From an uncultured Lachnospiraceae bacterium (lineage in GTDB: Bacteria; Bacillota; Clostridia; Oscillospirales; CAG-272), in NCBI GenBank assembly GCA_964570825.1, contig CAZMZJ010000002.1:17070-81069 (forward strand): a DNA stretch of 64,000 nt. The letters are read 5' to 3'. The position numbers were made by a program, and so were the translations under genes. The notes beneath the pieces were generated by a model. The model made no database searches. It had not been told where the DNA came from and was given only the letters and a program-made list of their open reading frames with translations. The number at the start of each line of letters is the position of its first letter. Position 1 is the stretch's first letter. Positions 41,053-51,137 of this stretch are shown piece after piece.

Positions 41053-42399
41053 ATGAACGATGAATTAACCCGCAGGCTGCCGTTCTCGCTTATCGCCGAG
41101 CAGTCGCTGCTCGGGGCAATACTTATCGACCCCGAATCGATACGCGAAGTGGCGGACCTTATCACCTCTGACGATTTCTACATCGACGAACACCGTCAGA
41201 TTTATCTTGCCATGCACGAGCTTTTCTTGGCCGACAACGACATCGATATAGTGACGCTCGTGGATATGCTCGTCAAAAAGGGCATATATGACCGCTCTGG
41301 CGGCGAGGATTATATCCACACCATCGGAGAAGTCGTGCCGGGGTCGCAGAACATAAAGGACTATGCGCGCATAGTAAAGGAAAAAAGCGTGCTGCGGCAG
41401 CTCATCGCGGCATGCGGCGAAATTTCCGACGCCGCATATTCCGAGCAGGATTCGGTAACACATATAATTGACAGCGCACAGAATAAGATATTTCAGATTG
41501 CCCAGGGGCGCGACACACGCGGTTTCAGGCATATCCGCGACGTGCTCGGCGAAGTTTACACAAACCTGAATAAGCTTTACGAAGGCGACAAATCGGCTCT
41601 TGGAACACCGACCGGGTTCTCGGGACTTGACGCTGTGCTTGCCGGAATGGGAGAAGGCGACCTGATACTTATCGGAGCGCGTCCGGGCATGGGAAAAACC
41701 AGCTTTGCGCTTAATATTGCGACAAACGTAGCCGAGCAGACCAAAAAAACAGTATGTATTTTTTCGCTGGAAATGTCTGCCGAACAGCTTGTCACCCGCA
41801 TGATTTCAAGCGAAGCGATGGTAGACAGCTATGCTCTCCGCACAGGCAAGCTCACCTCCGAGGAATGGGTAAAGATTGCCGAAGCGGCGGCAAAGCTTGC
41901 CGGAACCGATATTCTTATAGACGACACCGCCGGGATAACTACAACGGCAATGAAGGCAAAGCTACGCAGAGTGCAGAATCTCGGACTTGTTATAATTGAT
42001 TATCTGCAGCTCATGCAAAGCGACAAGCGCATAGACAACAAGGTGCAGGAAGTAGCGGACATCACCCGCAACATGAAGCTTATGGCTAAGGATCTCCGAA
42101 TACCCATCATCTGCTGCGCCCAGCTCTCCCGCGGACCCGAATCAAGAACCGATAAAAAGCCGATGCTTTCCGATCTGCGCGATTCGGGATCCATAGAGCA
42201 GGACGCCGACGCCGTCATTTTCCTGTATCGCGACGAATATTACAATAAAGACAAAGGTCCCGAGGACGGCGGCGGAAGCATAATAGAAGTCATAGTCGCC
42301 AAAAACCGTCACGGCCAGACAAATACGGTCAGGATGGGCTGGATTGGTCAGTACACCAAATTCCGCACCATAGTCGCCGATGACAATATTCCTCACTGA
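41053..42399 (+). CDS. dnaB: Replicative DNA helicase
   Basis: Walker A GARPGMGKTSFALN, IDYLQLM, RecA-like C-terminal domain. No intein. Confidence 0.95.
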   Translation: MNDELTRRLPFSLIAEQSLLGAILIDPESIREVADLITSDDFYIDEHRQIYLAMHELFLADNDIDIVTLVDMLVKKGIYDRSGGEDYIHTIGEVVPGSQNIKDYARIVKEKSVLRQLIAACGEISDAAYSEQDSVTHIIDSAQNKIFQIAQGRDTRGFRHIRDVLGEVYTNLNKLYEGDKSALGTPTGFSGLDAVLAGMGEGDLILIGARPGMGKTSFALNIATNVAEQTKKTVCIFSLEMSAEQLVTRMISSEAMVDSYALRTGKLTSEEWVKIAEAAAKLAGTDILIDDTAGITTTAMKAKLRRVQNLGLVIIDYLQLMQSDKRIDNKVQEVADITRNMKLMAKDLRIPIICCAQLSRGPESRTDKKPMLSDLRDSGSIEQDADAVIFLYRDEYYNKDKGPEDGGGSIIEVIVAKNRHGQTNTVRMGWIGQYTKFRTIVADDNIPH

Positions 42400-42417
42400 T
42401 ATAATAAAGAAAGAAAA

Positions 42418-43800
42418 ATGGATAAAAATAAAATCCGTATATCTCTTAACTTCACACCGCCCCATCTGCTTTCCGGGCTTCCGGAAAACACACCGGTTCT
42501 TCTCGCCTTTTCGGGCGGAGCCGACTCACGGGCGCTTCTGCATCTGCTCGCGGCCTACTGCAGGGAAAACGGCGCGCCTCTTTATGCGGCGCACGTCAAC
42601 CATGGCATCCGCGGCGAAGAAGCGCTGCGCGACCGCGAGTTCTGCAAAAAAACCGCGGCTTCATACGGTATCGAGTGTTTTGTGCTTGACGCCGATGTTC
42701 CGTCGCTTGCGAAGGAGCACGGGGAAAGCCTTGAAACTGAAGCGAGGCGCGTTCGTTACGGTTTTTTTGACAAAATCATGCGTGAAAATTCCATCCCCCT
42801 CCTTGCCACCGCCCATAACTCCGACGACTGCCTTGAAACATTGATTTTCAATATAGCGCGGGGCAGCGGCCTGCGAGGCATCACCTCGATCCCTCAGGTG
42901 CGCGTGTTCGGGACAGGTTTTCTGATCCGGCCGCTGCTCATGTCGCCCAAAAAAGATATAATTGAATTCTGCCGCGAAAACGGACTTGATTTTGTGACTG
43001 ATTCGACCAATTCCGACACCCGGTATTCCCGTAATCTTATCCGCCACAAAATCATACCGGCTCTTGAGAAAATCAATCCGGGCGTCCGGGAAAGTTCCGC
43101 AAGGCTCTCGGCGGCGGCGCGCGAGTGCTGCGAGCTTATCGACAAAGAAGCGGAAAAATTCCTTTCTCAGCGCTCCGGCAAAAGCATATCCGCTTCTGAG
43201 CTCTGCTCCCTGCCCCCGGCAGTTCTTAGCCGGGTGCTCTCAATCCTTTGCGCCGGCGCTTCAGGAAAAATCCCGGAGGAAGTGCACATCGCCGCCCTGT
43301 CGGAGCTCCTGCGCAAGGGCGTTCCGAACTCTGCGCTTTCGATACCCGGAAATGTCCGTGCAAAAATCGAGAGCGGAAATCTTGTCTTCGTCCCCGACCC
43401 CCATAGAGAAGAAGAGCGTCCGCGCTTTCAGCAGGCGCTCGGCAACGGCTTCAACGCGCTGCCCGGCGGAGCAATCATTCTCAAAGGTTCGGATGAATAT
43501 AAAGAATACAAAGAAGAAACAGCTGATATGACTCTCGCAGCCTGCATCCGTCTTAACCCTTCAAGCTTTCCTCTTGCCGCGCGGAGTCTTAGGGAAGGCG
43601 ACGTTATCACAAGAGGCGGCATGACGAAAAAAGTAAGGAAGCTGCTTTCGGAAACAAAGCTGCCGCTTAATGAGAGATATTTGATCCCGATAGTAACGGG
43701 CGGCAGCGGCGAAATCCTCTGGATTCCCGGCATTGCCGAAAAAGACGGAGCCGCGGACAGGCGCGGAATCCGGCTTGAATATTATAAATTAAATTCATAA
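42418..43800 (+). CDS. tilS: tRNA(Ile)-lysidine synthase
   Basis: PP-loop SGGADS. tilS-hpt-ftsH synteny. Confidence 0.9.
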   Translation: MDKNKIRISLNFTPPHLLSGLPENTPVLLAFSGGADSRALLHLLAAYCRENGAPLYAAHVNHGIRGEEALRDREFCKKTAASYGIECFVLDADVPSLAKEHGESLETEARRVRYGFFDKIMRENSIPLLATAHNSDDCLETLIFNIARGSGLRGITSIPQVRVFGTGFLIRPLLMSPKKDIIEFCRENGLDFVTDSTNSDTRYSRNLIRHKIIPALEKINPGVRESSARLSAAARECCELIDKEAEKFLSQRSGKSISASELCSLPPAVLSRVLSILCAGASGKIPEEVHIAALSELLRKGVPNSALSIPGNVRAKIESGNLVFVPDPHREEERPRFQQALGNGFNALPGGAIILKGSDEYKEYKEETADMTLAACIRLNPSSFPLAARSLREGDVITRGGMTKKVRKLLSETKLPLNERYLIPIVTGGSGEILWIPGIAEKDGAADRRGIRLEYYKLNS

Positions 43801-43831
43801 ATCATATCTGTAATATCGGAAAGGCAACCAA

Positions 43832-44428
43832 ATGAACAAAGACATTGAAAGCGTGCTCGTAAGCGAAGAGGAGCTTGACCGCATAATCACGCGGCTTGCA
43901 AGTGAAATAGACCGAGACTACTCCTCGCCCGACAAAAGACTCGTGCTCGTTTCAATCCTCAAGGGTTCGGTAATGTTCACCGGAGCCCTCATGGGAAAGC
44001 TCAAAACAAACGCGGAAATTGAATTCATGAAGGTCTCTTCCTACGGATCCTCGACAAAGAGCACCGGATATATAAGCGTCCTTCTCGACCTCAAGCGTCC
44101 CGACCTGAATGAGCTTGACCTTTTGATTGTCGAGGATATAATCGACAGCGGGCGCACGCTCAATCTGCTGACGCAGCTGCTCCGCGACCGCGGGGCAAAG
44201 AGCGTCAAATCGGTCACGATGCTTGATAAACCCTCGCGGCGTGAGGTGCCGTTTAAGCCGGACTACATAGGCGCCGAAATCCCGGATAAGTTTGTGGTCG
44301 GGTTCGGACTTGACTATGATGAAAAATACCGCAACCTGCCCTATGTCGGAGTGCTGAAGCCGTCGGTTTACGGCAGAATCACCCCGCCGGACAATGCCAA
44401 AAATGAAAGGGAACCCGATAAAAAATGA
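43832..44428 (+). CDS. hpt: Hypoxanthine phosphoribosyltransferase
   Basis: PRPP motif LIVEDIIDSGRTL. ATGA overlap with ftsH. Confidence 0.9.
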   Translation: MNKDIESVLVSEEELDRIITRLASEIDRDYSSPDKRLVLVSILKGSVMFTGALMGKLKTNAEIEFMKVSSYGSSTKSTGYISVLLDLKRPDLNELDLLIVEDIIDSGRTLNLLTQLLRDRGAKSVKSVTMLDKPSRREVPFKPDYIGAEIPDKFVVGFGLDYDEKYRNLPYVGVLKPSVYGRITPPDNAKNEREPDKK

Positions 44429-46494
44429 AAAAGAATTTCAGTGTAATTTTATTTTATATTCTGCTAATCGTCGGAATTTTCTATCTCGGCTCCCAGATAA
44501 TCGGGGCCAGGCAGATAGAGGATGTAGGATACAGTGATATAATCGATTATCTCGACAGCGACCTCGTGCAGGAATTCACCATATCAAATCAGTACTATCT
44601 CACAATGAAGGTTTATGATACCGGCGATGGTGGTAATCTCACATATGACGAATCCGGTAAAATAACAAGCAAAACAAAGTATGTCGGTTATCAGTTTGAC
44701 AGCTCGGACGCGAAGGAAAGGTTCCTTGAAAAGGTTGACACGGATTACTATCACGCCGCCAGCAAGAATCTTGAAAAATACAATATAGAATCGCCCGTAA
44801 TGCTTCCGTGGTGGGTAAGCCTGCTGCCGTATGTGATACTGATAATTTTTATCATTTTTATATACTCCTACGTCCTGAACCAGGCGGCCGGCGGAAAGGG
44901 CAGCAAAATCAATTCATTCGGCAAGGCGAAAGTAAAAATGCCGAGCCAGAATGAAAAAGACAGGAAGACCTTCCGCGATGTCGCCGGATGCGACGAAGAG
45001 AAGGCGGAACTTGAGGAAATCGTCGAGTATCTGAAGGATCCCGCTAAGTTTTCGCGTCTTGGCGCAAAGATCCCGCACGGCGTATTGCTTGTAGGCCCTC
45101 CGGGAACAGGAAAAACCCTGCTTGCAAAGGCTGTCGCGGGGGAGGCGGGCGTTCCGTTCTTCTCGATATCGGGGTCTGACTTTGTCGAGATGTACGTCGG
45201 CGTAGGCGCCTCGCGCGTGCGCGACCTCTTTGACAATGCGCGCAAGGCTCCCGCCTCGATAATATTCATCGATGAAATCGACGCTGTCGGCCGTCACCGC
45301 GGCGCAGGTCTCGGCGGCGGACATGACGAGCGCGAGCAGACGCTGAACCAGCTGCTCGTCGAAATGGACGGGTTTGGCTCTCACGAGGGAATAATCGTCA
45401 TTGCGGCGACAAACCGTCCGGACATTCTTGACCCGGCACTGCTGCGCCCCGGAAGGTTTGACCGTCAGGTGACAGTCAACTATCCGGACATCAAGGGGCG
45501 CGAGGAGATTCTCAAGGTTCACGCGCGCAACAAGCCGCTCGGACCCGACGTTGACCTGACAAAAATAGCCCAGACGACCGCGGGATTCACCGGCGCAGAT
45601 CTTGAAAACCTGCTCAATGAAGCGGCGCTGCTTGCGGCGCGCCGCGGCAAGAGTCTTATCGACAGCAACGATATAGAAGACTCGTTCATAAAAGTGGCTG
45701 TAGGCACAAAGAAAAAGTCAAGACGCATGAAGGACTCGGAGAAGCGCAACACGGCGTATCACGAAGCCGGCCACGCCATTCTTGCGTACCTGCTGCCCCA
45801 TCTTGATCCCGTGCATCAGATTTCGATAATTCCGAGCGGCAGGGCTCTTGGTTATACCTTAACTGTTCCCGAAGATGACAAATACAGTGTTTACCGCGAA
45901 GAATTAAAGGAAAGAATCTGTATGACTCTCGGCGGCAGAGCCGCGGAGGAAATAATATTCGGAGATTTCTCCGGCGGCGCCGCAGCCGACATAGAGCATG
46001 CGACAGGAATCGCGCGCAAGATGGTGACTCAGCTTGGCATGAGCGATCTGATAGGTCCGGTCAACTACTCCAGCGGGCAGGGCGAAGTTTTCCTCGGCAT
46101 GGCTTTCACTGAAACCAAGAATTTTTCAGAAGACATTGCCGCAAAGATTGATTCTGAAGTTCACAGAATAATTTCTGAAGCTCGCGAACGCGCCATTTCC
46201 ATACTGCGCGAAAACATCGACAAGCTTAACTTCATTTCCGAATTTTTGCTCAAGAACGAAACGATGGACGGCGACCAGTTCAAAGCCGCGATGGAAGGCA
46301 AGTCTATTGAAGAGATTGAGGAAATCGCCAACGAGAAGATGAGAAAGAGAAGCGAAGCCGACCGCAAGGAAGCGCAGAAGAACGCTGAAGCAAACGAACG
46401 CAAATCAAAGGGCGGAGAAAAAGACGATAAAGATGATAAAGACAATAAAGAAGGCACCTACACTCCTCCGGATGATGATACGGTAAAGCGCTGA
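44425..46494 (+). CDS. ftsH: ATP-dependent zinc metalloprotease FtsH
   Basis: Two TM, Walker [17 protein letters not shown]. Charged C-terminal tail. Confidence 0.95.
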   Translation: MKKNFSVILFYILLIVGIFYLGSQIIGARQIEDVGYSDIIDYLDSDLVQEFTISNQYYLTMKVYDTGDGGNLTYDESGKITSKTKYVGYQFDSSDAKERFLEKVDTDYYHAASKNLEKYNIESPVMLPWWVSLLPYVILIIFIIFIYSYVLNQAAGGKGSKINSFGKAKVKMPSQNEKDRKTFRDVAGCDEEKAELEEIVEYLKDPAKFSRLGAKIPHGVLLVGPPGTGKTLLAKAVAGEAGVPFFSISGSDFVEMYVGVGASRVRDLFDNARKAPASIIFIDEIDAVGRHRGAGLGGGHDEREQTLNQLLVEMDGFGSHEGIIVIAATNRPDILDPALLRPGRFDRQVTVNYPDIKGREEILKVHARNKPLGPDVDLTKIAQTTAGFTGADLENLLNEAALLAARRGKSLIDSNDIEDSFIKVAVGTKKKSRRMKDSEKRNTAYHEAGHAILAYLLPHLDPVHQISIIPSGRALGYTLTVPEDDKYSVYREELKERICMTLGGRAAEEIIFGDFSGGAAADIEHATGIARKMVTQLGMSDLIGPVNYSSGQGEVFLGMAFTETKNFSEDIAAKIDSEVHRIISEARERAISILRENIDKLNFISEFLLKNETMDGDQFKAAMEGKSIEEIEEIANEKMRKRSEADRKEAQKNAEANERKSKGGEKDDKDDKDNKEGTYTPPDDDTVKR

Positions 46495-46534
46495 AAGCAC
46501 TGAAAGCACTGAAAACGCTTAAAACGCTGAAAAA
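46490..46534 (+). repeat. Five tandem imperfect 9-bp units starting at the ftsH stop codon
   Basis: CTGAAAGCA CTGAAAGCA CTGAAAACG CTTAAAACG CTGAAAAAT. Confidence 0.8.
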
Positions 46535-46536
46535 TA

Positions 46537-46581
46537 AACCTCCTCTTGTTTCACATGAAACAAGAGGAGGTTTTCGTTTTT
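46537..46581. terminator. Bidirectional terminator between ftsH and ppiB
   Basis: 16-bp perfect stem AACCTCCTCTTGTTTC / GAAACAAGAGGAGGTT, loop ACAT, then TTCGTTTTT. Confidence 0.8.
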
Positions 46582-46590
46582 CCGATTTTA

Positions 46591-47103
46591 TTACCCGACA
46601 ACTTCGATTTTGTCAATTACAACCGGCTCGCGCGGAACGTCCTGCATATATCTGCCGTATGTTCCGGTCTTCACCGACGCAATTTTGTCAATAACCTCAA
46701 GTCCCTCGGTGACCTTACCGAAAGCCGCGTACTGCGCGTCGAGATGCGGCGAGTCCTTGTGCATTATGAAGAACTGCGACGACGCTGAGTCCGGATTGCT
46801 TGTTCTTGCCATCGAGAGGACGCCCCGTGTATGACGGATGTCGTTCTTCATCCAGCCGTTTGCGATAAATTCGCCGAAAATGGCGCCGGCTTTCTTTTCT
46901 CTGAATTCCCCCGACCGTTCTTCATAGCCGCCGCCCTGTATCATAAATCCCTTTATAACGCGGTGGAATACCGTTCCGGAGTAAAACCCGCTGTTTACAA
47001 GCGATAAAAAATTTTCAACAGTTTTCGGGGCCTTGTCCGGGTAAAGCTCCGCCGTCATTTCTCCCATGCCGCGGACTGTAATTTTAATTATCGGATTTTT
47101 CAT
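46591..47103 (-). CDS. ppiB: Cyclophilin-type peptidyl-prolyl cis-trans isomerase
   Basis: FHRVIKGFMIQGG and SMARTSNPDSASSQFF motifs. Confidence 0.9.
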   Translation of the reverse strand: MKNPIIKITVRGMGEMTAELYPDKAPKTVENFLSLVNSGFYSGTVFHRVIKGFMIQGGGYEERSGEFREKKAGAIFGEFIANGWMKNDIRHTRGVLSMARTSNPDSASSQFFIMHKDSPHLDAQYAAFGKVTEGLEVIDKIASVKTGTYGRYMQDVPREPVVIDKIEVVG

Positions 47104-47165
47104 TTATGCAGTATTTAACCATGCCTTTCTGTATGTAGTATCAGCTGTATGCCGTTCAGGATTTT

Positions 47166-47555
47166 TTATATAATAACGTGGTCCTGTCCGCCGTAGCCCG
47201 CTTCAAGCAGCTCGACTATTCTGTCTTTCCTTCCGGAAAGGTACAGCCAGCCGGCAAGCGTTTCCATGCCGGTCGCCGTCCTGTATTCGGCGGCCGTGGC
47301 GTTTTTCGGCAGATTTGAGTGTCCGAGATTGCGCCCGCGCCGGAACATGGCATCCTCGTCCGGCGTGAGCAGCGGCAGAATTTTCTTCATTGCGCCTGCC
47401 TGCGCCGGCGCGGTGACATATTTCATCGCCTCGGCATTGAGCTCGCGTGAACCGGGCAAACCCGACCTCACAAGCCTTTCGCGCACCCAAAGCTCGATGA
47501 CAGAGTCACCGAGATAAGCGAGCGCGGCGGCACCGGGAACATTTGCAGAATCCAT
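47166..47555 (-). CDS. mrnC: Mini-ribonuclease 3 (23S rRNA maturation)
   Basis: AALAYLGDSVIELWVRE RNase III-like signature. Start set at ATG 47555, overlapping the upstream stop (TGATG). The N-terminal extension in the track ORF is out-of-gene read-through. Confidence 0.8.
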   Translation of the reverse strand: MDSANVPGAAALAYLGDSVIELWVRERLVRSGLPGSRELNAEAMKYVTAPAQAGAMKKILPLLTPDEDAMFRRGRNLGHSNLPKNATAAEYRTATGMETLAGWLYLSGRKDRIVELLEAGYGGQDHVII

Positions 47556-48667
47556 CAGTCCCCGCTCCTTTTTCCAGCCGTCGCCCTGAGCGCCCGGCGG
47601 ATTTCGCTCTCGATTCCGTCGGCCATCAGGACAAAACCGAGGTCGTTCGGGTGGACTGCGTCCATTGTGCATTCATTTTCATACTTGCCGAGGAAGAACG
47701 ACTCGCCGTCGATATAGTAGACGTTCCTGTCCCCAAGCGACAGCGCGTGACGGTACGTGTCGATAATTACATCCCGCCGTTCCGCAAATTCGGACGGGTT
47801 TGTCGCAATATTGGGCCTTGAAATCATTATAAACGGCGTGTCCGGCCGGGCGGCGCGGAAAATATCGTAAACCGCCATATGCGTGTTTCTCAGAAACTCA
47901 GCCGACGGAGCGTTGTGGTCGTAATCGCAGACGAAAAGGCACATGGGAAGTCCCGCCATATACCTGACGAGCGCCGGCTCTCCGAGCGCCTTGCCCGAGA
48001 AGCCGAGATTGATATAGTCAAGATTCATGCGCCGCGAGATGATGTTTTCGTATGTCAGTCCGGGGCGCGAGGCGGCGGTGCCATGCACTATTGAGCTTCC
48101 GTAGAATACGACAGGCTCGCTGTTCGCGTATTTTTTACCCGGTTCAAGAGTGGCGTCCTCCTGCAGGCCGATATAAAGATTTCTGACCAGCGCATGAACC
48201 GGGAAATTGATTGTGAAGCTGCGTTTTTTGCGCGAGCCGAGCTTTATTGACTGCACGTAATCGTTTTCAAAGTCATACGGAGGAAGGTATGGCTTGATGA
48301 AACGGCTGTCTGTCGCCGTGTCCTCGTAGAGGTCAAACCCCGCGGAATTGCAGAGTGTCGTATGTGAATTCCGGGCGTAAGGGCCGAGTTCGGCTTTGAT
48401 TGCCACATATGCCGAGTCGGTCGTAAACCTTACTCTGCCTCCCGTCGATTCCCTCGCGAGTCTTGCGACGCCGGGGCTGGTCGCCTCGGCAACATCTTCG
48501 GGCAGGCGGCGGAAGAAAGGCTGGCCGAGCGGGTCATAAAAGCCGTAAAGCTCAAACGGCGGCTTTCTCACATCATAAAACCTGACGTCCGGCTCGCATT
48601 CGGATGCGACTGTCATATTCTTATCAACTTCGACATACGCTTCTTTTTTTATATCTTTTTCGTTCAT
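47555..48667 (-). CDS. GxDLY-domain SGNH/GDSL-type esterase (carbohydrate esterase-like), paralog 1
   Basis: N-terminal domain with AGFDLY. Block I VFYGSSIVHG. Block V DAVHPNDLGF. Confidence 0.75.
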   Translation of the reverse strand: MNEKDIKKEAYVEVDKNMTVASECEPDVRFYDVRKPPFELYGFYDPLGQPFFRRLPEDVAEATSPGVARLARESTGGRVRFTTDSAYVAIKAELGPYARNSHTTLCNSAGFDLYEDTATDSRFIKPYLPPYDFENDYVQSIKLGSRKKRSFTINFPVHALVRNLYIGLQEDATLEPGKKYANSEPVVFYGSSIVHGTAASRPGLTYENIISRRMNLDYINLGFSGKALGEPALVRYMAGLPMCLFVCDYDHNAPSAEFLRNTHMAVYDIFRAARPDTPFIMISRPNIATNPSEFAERRDVIIDTYRHALSLGDRNVYYIDGESFFLGKYENECTMDAVHPNDLGFVLMADGIESEIRRALRATAGKRSGD

Positions 48668-48668
48668 T

Positions 48669-49817
48669 TCACAGCACCTCGCAGTTCCGCAGCGCTCTTT
48701 CCAGAATCCGCCCGACCGAATCAGCCATTTTCAGAAATCCGATATCGGTCGGATGTGAGCCGTCAACGGTGCAGAGATCCTCGTCGGGTCCGCGGAATAT
48801 CCCCTCGCCGTCAATATAATAAACGTTCTTGTCCCCTGCTCCGCGCGCGTATCTATAAGTGTCAATAATCACATCCCGGCGGGCTATGCTTTCGGCGGGG
48901 TCGACATCGTAATCCGGCCGGGACAGCATGATATAAGGTATATCCGGATGTGCCGCGCGTATTGTTTTGTATAGACGGCAGTGCGTCGAGGCAAGATAGG
49001 CCGCGTCGGGCGCGTTGTGGTCATAATCCGACACGAAAGCAAGCATTTTCAGCGACGCCATATAATTGGCAATGATCTCCTCTCCGCGGCCGCTGCCCGA
49101 GAAGCCGAGGTTTATAAAATCGAGATTCAATCTCCGGCTTATGATGCTTTCGTAAGTGTTGCCGGGATGCGAGGCGCAGGCGCCCTGGGTTATCGAGCTG
49201 CCGTAATAGACCACCGGCAGCCGGGATCTGTATTTTTTACCGCCTCCGAGAGCGGAGCCGGCCTGAAGACCGATATAAAGCCTGTCCACAGGATTATAGG
49301 TCGGGAAATTTATCGTGATATACCGCATTTTTCTTTCTGCAAATCTGATTACCGACTCATATCCGTCGGTAATCCCGTACCCCGGGCGGAAAGGCCGGTG
49401 ATAGCGGCTCATTCCGCCTCCGGCCGGTATTTCCCTGCTGTTTGCCGCTCCGCAAAAGCCGCCGGCGTCCCCGCTCTCGCCGTCGATATAGAGATCGAAG
49501 CCGGCATAGTTTGTCAGGGGCATATGATCATATTTTGAGACATAAGGCATAATGCACTTTATGGCGACATATTTTGAGTCGGTGGAAAACCTCACCCGGC
49601 CTCCGGCGGTGCAAAGATAGAGCCTTTTTACCCCGTCGTTTACGTTAAGCCCCACCTCGTCGGGCAGGCGCTTGAAAACCTGTTCGGTTAAAGGATTATA
49701 CAGCCCGTAAATCTCAAACGGTTCTTCGCGCGCGTCTAAAAATCTGATGTCCGGCTCCCTGATACCGGTTTCGACAATCATGCTTTTATCTACTTCAACA
49801 AATTTTCCGGCTGGCAT
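48669..49817 (-). CDS. GxDLY-domain SGNH/GDSL-type esterase, paralog 2
   Basis: AGFDLY, VYYGSSITQG, DGSHPTDIGF. Start set at ATG 49817 (GGAGAAG upstream). The stop is 1 nt from the paralog 1 start. Confidence 0.75.
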   Translation of the reverse strand: MPAGKFVEVDKSMIVETGIREPDIRFLDAREEPFEIYGLYNPLTEQVFKRLPDEVGLNVNDGVKRLYLCTAGGRVRFSTDSKYVAIKCIMPYVSKYDHMPLTNYAGFDLYIDGESGDAGGFCGAANSREIPAGGGMSRYHRPFRPGYGITDGYESVIRFAERKMRYITINFPTYNPVDRLYIGLQAGSALGGGKKYRSRLPVVYYGSSITQGACASHPGNTYESIISRRLNLDFINLGFSGSGRGEEIIANYMASLKMLAFVSDYDHNAPDAAYLASTHCRLYKTIRAAHPDIPYIMLSRPDYDVDPAESIARRDVIIDTYRYARGAGDKNVYYIDGEGIFRGPDEDLCTVDGSHPTDIGFLKMADSVGRILERALRNCEVL

Positions 49818-50168
49818 TTTTCTTCTCCAGATATATAATTTATTTGCAGCTGACCGCTGACCGCTGCCATTGACATGCTGTGCCATTAAAAATAATAACT
49901 GAACATTAAGTTTGTCTTTATTTTGATGTTTTATGATGCCGCTGATGCCTGTGTATCTCTGCAATAGCAATATTTGTCTTTGTTTTTGGCTTTTTTGTCT
50001 TGATATATTCGGAAAAATATTCTATAATAGTCATGTATTTTAATTATATCACCCCCGCGGAGTGCTGTCAACGTAAAACAAAAATGTTCTGACGGCATCA
50101 GCGTCCTGTCAAAGCGTTATTTCCCGGGAAAACTCGGATATTCGAGAGACAAAAAGAGGAACCTTGCG

Positions 50169-51104
50169 ATGAAATACTATATAGGCATAGATGCTGGCGG
50201 TACAAAAACCGATGCCGTCCTCTGCGGAGAAGACGGACGAATAGTCTGCCAAAAGCGTGACTCCGGCTGCAACCCCAACGACATCGGCAAAGATGCGGCC
50301 AAAGAAAAGCTGCTCGGCATCATCCTTGAGCTTATGTCAAAGTCGCCGGAAAAAGTAAGCTCGGTTTTCGCCGGAGTGGCCGGGGTCACGGGGTTCGGGA
50401 ACGATTTTACAGATTATCTGCGAAAAGGCGCCGGCGTTGACCGCCTTTCGGTCGGCACTGACGCGCTGTCCCTTCTCACCGGGGTTCTGCACCGTAATGA
50501 CGGCGCCTGTGTCATCTCCGGTACCGGCTCAGTCTGTTTCGTACGCCGAAAAGGCGTACTTTCAAGGATAGGCGGCTGGGGTTTTATGCTTGACGGCGCC
50601 GGCAGCGGTTATGATCTTGGCCGTGATGCCATCGCAGCCGTTCTGCACGAATACGACGGGCTCGGAGAAAAGACGGTGCTGACAGACATTGTAACGGCAA
50701 AGGCGGGCGCGCACCCGAAGGACATGATTCCAGAAATCTACCGCGGCGGCAGGGCGTATATCGCATCTTTTGCGGATACTGTGTTTGAGGGCTGCCGCAG
50801 AGGCGACGCCATAAGTCTTGACATAATGAAAAGAAACGCCGGATATATCTCATCACTTATAAACACTGCGGGCCGGCTGTTTGACGGAAGCTTTGCCGTA
50901 GCCTTGGGCGGCGGCATTCTTCAGAACTATCCCGAATTTCAAAAAGAGATCCGCTCTCTTGTGCCGGATAGAATCAGCCTTTTGACAGCCGATATGCCGC
51001 CGGTATTCGGCTCGGTGCTTGAAGCGGTTTATTCCGCGGGCGGAGATATTGAATCGGGATTCAAGGTAAATTTCAATGAGTCATATAAAACCTTCGTCTT
51101 ATGA
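50169..51104 (+). CDS. BadF/BadG/BcrA/BcrD-type ATPase (N-acetylglucosamine kinase-like)
   Basis: N-terminal YYIGIDAGGTKT phosphate-1 motif, ISGTGS, GGWGFMLDGAGSG. Confidence 0.75.
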   Translation: MKYYIGIDAGGTKTDAVLCGEDGRIVCQKRDSGCNPNDIGKDAAKEKLLGIILELMSKSPEKVSSVFAGVAGVTGFGNDFTDYLRKGAGVDRLSVGTDALSLLTGVLHRNDGACVISGTGSVCFVRRKGVLSRIGGWGFMLDGAGSGYDLGRDAIAAVLHEYDGLGEKTVLTDIVTAKAGAHPKDMIPEIYRGGRAYIASFADTVFEGCRRGDAISLDIMKRNAGYISSLINTAGRLFDGSFAVALGGGILQNYPEFQKEIRSLVPDRISLLTADMPPVFGSVLEAVYSAGGDIESGFKVNFNESYKTFVL

Positions 51105-51137
51105 TACTTCAAAAAGTATAGATATAAGGAGAAAATT

